From: Patescibacteria group bacterium
Lineage (GTDB): Bacteria > Patescibacteriota > Patescibacteriia > JBAZBY01
DNA: 64,000 bases
Assembly: GCA_041671225.1 (NCBI GenBank)
Contig: JBAZBY010000001.1
Location: forward strand, 897,130-961,129
Direction of reading: 5' to 3'
Each line of letters opens with the position of its first letter. Position 1 is the stretch's first letter. Under the pieces are notes generated by a model. The model saw nothing but the letters and a program-made list of their open reading frames with translations. It was not told the DNA's origin and did not search any database. Below are positions 59,183-64,000 of the stretch, one piece after another. The position numbers and the translations under genes were made by a program.

Positions 59183-60525
59183 GACGACGTGGTGATATTC
59201 AAACGAATCACCGGCTTACTCTTTTGCCATGCAGCTCCTTGACGCACGAGTAACTCCCCTGCCAATGCGGGATCCTTGAGCAACGCGGCAACAACGGCTT
59301 CCATGCGCGCTGCCTGAGAGCCCTTCACCAATACAATATCTCCAGGCTCTAAAAGTGTATGCAAATGTGCGATTGCTTGCTCATGATGCTTCGCAATAAA
59401 CAACCGTTCCTGCGTCATGCCGCCTGCTTCTGCGCCGCGCGCAACGGCATGCGCGTGCTCACCCAAAACGATCAGCCCATCAAATGCCGCTTCCGCCACC
59501 ATGCGTCCTGTTTCTTCATGGAGCTGCTCAGCGGTTATTCCAAGTTCCGCCATATGACCGAGCACTGCATAACGACGAACAGGCCGATCCATGCTAGGAT
59601 CCAATGCGGCAACGGCTTGCAGTGCCGCATGAACAGCCCTCGGTGATGAGTTATAGGTATCATCAACAAGTAAAATGTCATCCATACCTTCAAGAAGTCG
59701 CATACGTCCAGGCGGGAAGCGTAATCCGGTCAGTGCCGCAGCCGCCTGCGGTAATGACACACCAACGACATGCCCAACTGCAGCAGCGGCAAGAAGGCTT
59801 GCCGCAATGCCCTCCCCAATCACCCCCTGCACAAAGATTTCTGCCGCATCATTCATATGTACGAGCCCCACATTCACGCCAAGAACAGCCTTACGAGTAT
59901 TGCTGGGGAGAGGCGGCCCATATGCCGGCGTTGCGATAGAAAGTCGCACCGTTGCATCTTCATTCTTTCCGAACGTAATGACTTTTGCTTTTGTTTGTGA
60001 AGCAAAATTACGCACGACTTCATCGTCGGCATTGAGAAGGGCAAAACCTTCGGCGGTAAGCGGCTTGATCACGCCGAACTTTTCCTTTGCCACATCACCG
60101 ATGCTGGAATAAAACTGCATATGCACCGGACTCACGGCCGTGACAACGCCGATGCGTGGTGGGGCGATCCACGTAAGATAGTGAATATCCCCCGGATGAT
60201 CCGCTGCCATCTCAAGTACAAGATACTTGGGATACGCACCCCCGCGTATCAGCTTCCACACTGCACCAAAAAAAACACCAAGCCAAAAAAAGGGATTTAC
60301 TCCCGCGCTCCCTTGCTTACCAAAAATGGTAAGTGGCACGCCAATTTCATTATTCAAATTACCTGAATTCTTACGGACCGTACCCGCACGCGCAAGTACA
60401 GCGGCAATGGCCTCCTTTGTGCTCGTCTTGCCAACGCTACCGGTCACTGCAACAACCGTCGGTTTAAAACGGCGAACGGTGCGCTGTGCAAGAAAACCGA
60501 GAAGACCCTGAAAAAGTTTACGCAT
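59179..60525 (-). CDS. murF: UDP-MurNAc-tripeptide--D-Ala-D-Ala ligase
   Basis: TGSVGKTSTK, NLNNEIGVPLT, DDTYNSSP, LGHMAELG and LVKGSQ motifs. Confidence 0.92.
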   Translation of the reverse strand: MRKLFQGLLGFLAQRTVRRFKPTVVAVTGSVGKTSTKEAIAAVLARAGTVRKNSGNLNNEIGVPLTIFGKQGSAGVNPFFWLGVFFGAVWKLIRGGAYPKYLVLEMAADHPGDIHYLTWIAPPRIGVVTAVSPVHMQFYSSIGDVAKEKFGVIKPLTAEGFALLNADDEVVRNFASQTKAKVITFGKNEDATVRLSIATPAYGPPLPSNTRKAVLGVNVGLVHMNDAAEIFVQGVIGEGIAASLLAAAAVGHVVGVSLPQAAAALTGLRFPPGRMRLLEGMDDILLVDDTYNSSPRAVHAALQAVAALDPSMDRPVRRYAVLGHMAELGITAEQLHEETGRMVAEAAFDGLIVLGEHAHAVARGAEAGGMTQERLFIAKHHEQAIAHLHTLLEPGDIVLVKGSQAARMEAVVAALLKDPALAGELLVRQGAAWQKSKPVIRLNITTSS

Positions 60526-60533
60526 GATATGAC

Positions 60534-62309
60534 TTATGGAGTGCGACTTGGAGGGATATCGTAATACTGCAGCAAAAATTCCGCAATCTCGCCAAAGAGC
60601 GGTGCGGCCGTACTCTCCGCAAACTGTACCGTCTTTGGTTCATCGATCTTCACCACCATCACAAAAGCTGGGTCAGTCACCGGACCAAAACCGGCAAACG
60701 TCCCAATGGTGCGATCTTTGTCATAGCCAGGGCCGTTCTCATCAGGCACCTGCGCAGTTCCTGTTTTTCCTGCAATGTAATATCCTTCCACGCCAGCCTT
60801 CTTGCCATGCCCATTAATCACCACATTTGCAAGCATGCCCGCAAGCGTGCTCGCGGTTTTTGGTTGTATCACCTGTCGCACCTCTTCTGGTTCAGCCGCA
60901 ATATGATGTCCTGATGGTGTAATGCGTTCCTTAATAAGATACGGCTTCATCATCAATCCATGATTTGCTATTGCGCCAAATGACTGCAGTAACTGTAATG
61001 GCGTCGCGGTAATACCCTGCCCAAAGGATGCTGTTGCGGTATACAAATCATGAAGATTATCCAAAGAGCTGATGTTGCCCGGATGCTCGCCAGGTAATGA
61101 AATACCGGTTGCGGCGCCGAATCCAAAACGCTGCATATACGTACGGAAGGCTTCATTCCCCACCTGCTGTGCTGCAAAAATTGCCCCGGTGTTAATAGAT
61201 TCCTCAAGAACCTGCGTCATATTCTTCACGCCGTAGGTTTTGTCATCGGCATTCCGGATCGTGTACCCGGCAATCTCAACACTGCCCGTATCTTCATATG
61301 TTGTTTCTGGCGTCACCTTGCCAAGGTCCAACGCAGCGGCCATGGTAATCGGTTTCATGACTGATCCCGGCTCATACACATCTTCTACGGCTGCGTTGCG
61401 GAACACCTTGATCTCTTTCACATCGCCATAGGCATTTGGGTCATATGATGGTGCGCCGCACATTGCAATGATTGCACCGGTTGATGGGTCCATAATAATG
61501 ACGCTGCCGCTCACCGCACCATGTCGTTGCACTTCCTCCTCAAGACGCGTGCACGCAAAATATTGGATACTCTGATCAACTGTCAGAACAAAATCCGTTC
61601 CATCAACAGCAGACTTAAACAGGCGATCACCGGTGGGAATCAGTCTCCCACCGGCATCCTGCTGTGCCTGCAAATAACCGGGTTCACCGGCAAGTTCTTC
61701 CTCAAAGAACCCCTCCAGCCCATATTGCCCCAGGCGCGTATCGCCCGAGAATCCCAAAAATCCTGAGAGATGGGCGCTTGTCCGACCTTCAGGATAAAAA
61801 CGCTCATCTTCAGGTAAAAAACGCAAACCAGGAAGCGCTAAAGCCTCAATAGCTTCCTTCTGTTCTGGCGTTACTTTGTGCATCAGTGGCTCATAAAGAT
61901 CCCCTTCTTTTGAGAGACGTTCACGCAATACATCTTCGTCAAGATCAATATACCCTTTCAGTTTTGTGATCGTCTCCTCAATGCCTTCCACATCGCGCGG
62001 CACTGCATACAGAAGATACAGTTCGCGGTTTATCGCAAGAGGAATGGTCCCCTCATCGTGCGCGCTGGTAAGAAAAAGTTCACCGCGGCGCGGTGTGAGC
62101 TCCTCGCTTTTTTCATACTGCCCCTCGGCAAGCGCAACATAAAAACCATGATGCACAACTTGAAGCATCACGAGGCGGCCGGTAATGACCACGCCCAATG
62201 CAAGAACAGCCAAAAGCACCCATCCCATGCGATCCTTTGGGGGGCTTAAAGAAAAATGAGAACCTTGTTGCTTCCCGCGTTGTTGTGCTGCAAACCGAGT
62301 ATGTCGCAT
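60534..62309 (-). CDS. ftsI: Class B penicillin-binding protein (FtsI-like)
   Basis: N-terminal TM, RRGE, YEPGSVMK (SxxK), SIN (SxN) and KTGTAQ; lies in the dcw order. Confidence 0.9.
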   Translation of the reverse strand: MRHTRFAAQQRGKQQGSHFSLSPPKDRMGWVLLAVLALGVVITGRLVMLQVVHHGFYVALAEGQYEKSEELTPRRGELFLTSAHDEGTIPLAINRELYLLYAVPRDVEGIEETITKLKGYIDLDEDVLRERLSKEGDLYEPLMHKVTPEQKEAIEALALPGLRFLPEDERFYPEGRTSAHLSGFLGFSGDTRLGQYGLEGFFEEELAGEPGYLQAQQDAGGRLIPTGDRLFKSAVDGTDFVLTVDQSIQYFACTRLEEEVQRHGAVSGSVIIMDPSTGAIIAMCGAPSYDPNAYGDVKEIKVFRNAAVEDVYEPGSVMKPITMAAALDLGKVTPETTYEDTGSVEIAGYTIRNADDKTYGVKNMTQVLEESINTGAIFAAQQVGNEAFRTYMQRFGFGAATGISLPGEHPGNISSLDNLHDLYTATASFGQGITATPLQLLQSFGAIANHGLMMKPYLIKERITPSGHHIAAEPEEVRQVIQPKTASTLAGMLANVVINGHGKKAGVEGYYIAGKTGTAQVPDENGPGYDKDRTIGTFAGFGPVTDPAFVMVVKIDEPKTVQFAESTAAPLFGEIAEFLLQYYDIPPSRTP

Positions 62310-62318
62310 GACGGTATC

Positions 62319-62684
62319 TTACCGTGCCGCGACTGTGCTGCCAACATCAGGGAGATACGTGATACTCTCACCACGAATCATGTCTTGTGCTTCAGCAAAT
62401 TGTTCAATTTTAGAAAGAGAAGAAAGTGCGCTCGCTTGATAGTGCAGACGGTCGTTTTCCAGTTCTAGCTCCTCAACGCGCTGTTCAAGATCTTTCAAAG
62501 CAAAACCCTCAACAGAACTCTTATTCAGAAGGCTCACATAGACCCCCCCAAGCGCAAAGGTGACCACGAGCATAATAGCGGTAATGCGAACACTACCAAT
62601 TGCATTCCAGGAAAAATGAAAACGTGCTGGACGTGTGCGCGCATGACGCTGCTGATGCTTGATTGCCGTGAGTTGTGGGGACAT
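62319..62684 (-). CDS. FtsL-like cell division protein
   Basis: One TM plus a coiled coil, located between rsmH and ftsI. Confidence 0.65.
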   Translation of the reverse strand: MSPQLTAIKHQQRHARTRPARFHFSWNAIGSVRITAIMLVVTFALGGVYVSLLNKSSVEGFALKDLEQRVEELELENDRLHYQASALSSLSKIEQFAEAQDMIRGESITYLPDVGSTVAAR

Positions 62685-62685
62685 G

Positions 62686-62775
62686 GGTTAGGCTGGTTAG
62701 CGGAGCTAGAGTGGTTAGAGGGTGAAAGTGATATTACACTCATCACCTAACGTCTCTAAAATCTCTAGCTTTCTA
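62686..62775. repeat. Inverted 9-nt-periodic repeat hairpin
   Basis: GGTTAG/AGCTAG every 9 nt on the left arm; CTAA/CTAG every 9 nt on the right arm; central GGTGA..AGTG/CACT..TCACC stem. Confidence 0.6.
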
Positions 62776-62778
62776 TTT

Positions 62779-63711
62779 TTATATTCTTTCTGCCGCGCGG
62801 AGTTTTGCCGATCGGCTGCGCGGATTCTCCGCGATTTCTTCTTCGTCGGGCACAAGCGGTTTTTTAGTGATCAGCTTTACTGTTGGCTGCTCACTCCGAC
62901 TATGCTCGCGGAAAAAGTTTTTAACGATGCGATCCTCTAGAGAATGAAAACTGATGACCGTCATGCGACTCCCTGGCGTTAGAAGCTTGAGTGCCTCTGG
63001 AAGCGCCCGCTCTAACCTCCCGATCTCATCATTCACGGCAATGCGTAATGACTGAAAGATACGTGTTGCCGGATGCTTACCCCCGCGAAGATATGGTGTC
63101 CGCCCGCCTGTCTTGAACTTTTCTGCATACACATCGGTGACTAATTGTGCGAGTTCACCTGTTGTTTCAATAGGCTTCACAGAACGTTCATTGACGATAG
63201 CGTCGGCAATGGGGCTCGCAAACTTTTCTTCGCCATAAACGCGAAAGATTGTTGCGAGTTGAGAAGATGAAAGGGTCAAAAGAAGAAAAGCAGCCGTTGG
63301 TGTCTTCGTATCCTCTGGGTTGAACCGCATATCAAGCGGCCCATTCCGGAGAAACGAAAGGCCGCGGTTCACATCATCAAGAGCAAACGATGATACGCCC
63401 AGGTCAAGGAATACGTGGCGAGGCTGAGGTAAAGATGCGAGAGATACATGTTCGTTTCTTAAAATGTCATCAAATGCACCGTGGATAAATGTCGTGCGGT
63501 CTGCAAAACGCGCGAGGCGCTTCTTGGCAACGGCAATCATTGCCGCATCAAGATCAATGCCGACGTATGCGCCATCTGGCGCAGTACGTTCCAAGAGCAA
63601 TTCTGCGTGTCCACCTGCGCCAAGCGTCCCGTCAATGACGGTATCGCCTGGTTTTGGATCCAAGGCATGCAAAACTGCACGGGGTAAAACCGCCGTGTGG
63701 GGTGCTTCCAT
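62779..63711 (-). CDS. rsmH: 16S rRNA m4C1402 methyltransferase
   Basis: DGTLGAGGH, DLGVSS, PLDMR, HPATRIFQSLRIAVN, SFHSLEDR and NPRSRSAKLR motifs. Confidence 0.97.
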   Translation of the reverse strand: MEAPHTAVLPRAVLHALDPKPGDTVIDGTLGAGGHAELLLERTAPDGAYVGIDLDAAMIAVAKKRLARFADRTTFIHGAFDDILRNEHVSLASLPQPRHVFLDLGVSSFALDDVNRGLSFLRNGPLDMRFNPEDTKTPTAAFLLLTLSSSQLATIFRVYGEEKFASPIADAIVNERSVKPIETTGELAQLVTDVYAEKFKTGGRTPYLRGGKHPATRIFQSLRIAVNDEIGRLERALPEALKLLTPGSRMTVISFHSLEDRIVKNFFREHSRSEQPTVKLITKKPLVPDEEEIAENPRSRSAKLRAAERI

Positions 63712-63760
63712 ACCTCAAACGTTTATACAAGCATGGTAAACGTCTGAAATTCGGCTACAC

Positions 63761-64000
63761 TTATACCCCGAGGTCGCCGAGTGCTTCCGCAATATCCCCT
63801 GACGTCCGCTCGGTTGTGCTCTTATATGACTCCCACTCTTTCTCATCCCAGAGTTCGAGTCGATTCATAAGGCCTGCAACCACCACCTTTTTACCAATAC
63901 CTGCGTATTGCCGCAGATATTCTGGTAAAACGATACGTCCCTGACCATCAAGTGGTGCTTCCATTGCGCCAGCAAGCATCAGGCGCGAGAACGCGCGAGT
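63761..64000 (-). CDS. mraZ: Transcriptional regulator MraZ (5' part outside the window)
   Basis: 'RAFSRLMLAGA...LDGQGRIVLP..LRQYA....VVVAG..NRLELWD'; upstream of rsmH. Confidence 0.93.
   Translation of the reverse strand, partial: TRAFSRLMLAGAMEAPLDGQGRIVLPEYLRQYAGIGKKVVVAGLMNRLELWDEKEWESYKSTTERTSGDIAEALGDLGV

Overview
This looks like a chromosomal segment of a Patescibacteria (CPR) genome, most likely Parcubacteria/ABY1. That is an inference from gene content: tightly packed, mostly SD-less genes, a pilB-pilC-pilMNO cluster, many GT-C membrane proteins, Asn/Thr-rich surface proteins and a short mraZ-rsmH-ftsL-ftsI-murF block. Translation follows standard code 11. Contents in order: a partial GT-C gene; a type IV pilus assembly operon; rpmA, pyrG, rplI, an S41 protease, murA and a PEGA protein; a ~35 kb surface-glycan region (rml genes, ugd, a WecC-like dehydrogenase, a UXS-like enzyme, an epimerase, GT2/GT4/GT-C enzymes, two flippases, GtrA, two methyltransferases) with the SAM-cycle genes metK, ahcY and adenosine kinase embedded in it; secreted proteases and surface proteins; xseAB; a LOG-family gene; and the start of the dcw cluster. 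The least explained locus is 56.8-59.2 kb on the minus strand. There, a promoter with a palindromic operator-like site precedes an apparently inactive asparaginase-fold gene coupled to a ribbon-helix-helix protein. A second promoter then precedes ~330 nt of highly structured sequence, including a 6S-like rod whose apex repeats the RBS of a downstream 56-aa Cys4 zinc-finger gene, followed by a terminator. Also seen: periodic-repeat hairpins in intergenic gaps, several near-leaderless promoters and an rmlD with no suitably placed ATG. No CRISPR array, tRNA, rRNA, transposase or integrase was recognised. All calls are by eye; no database searches were run.
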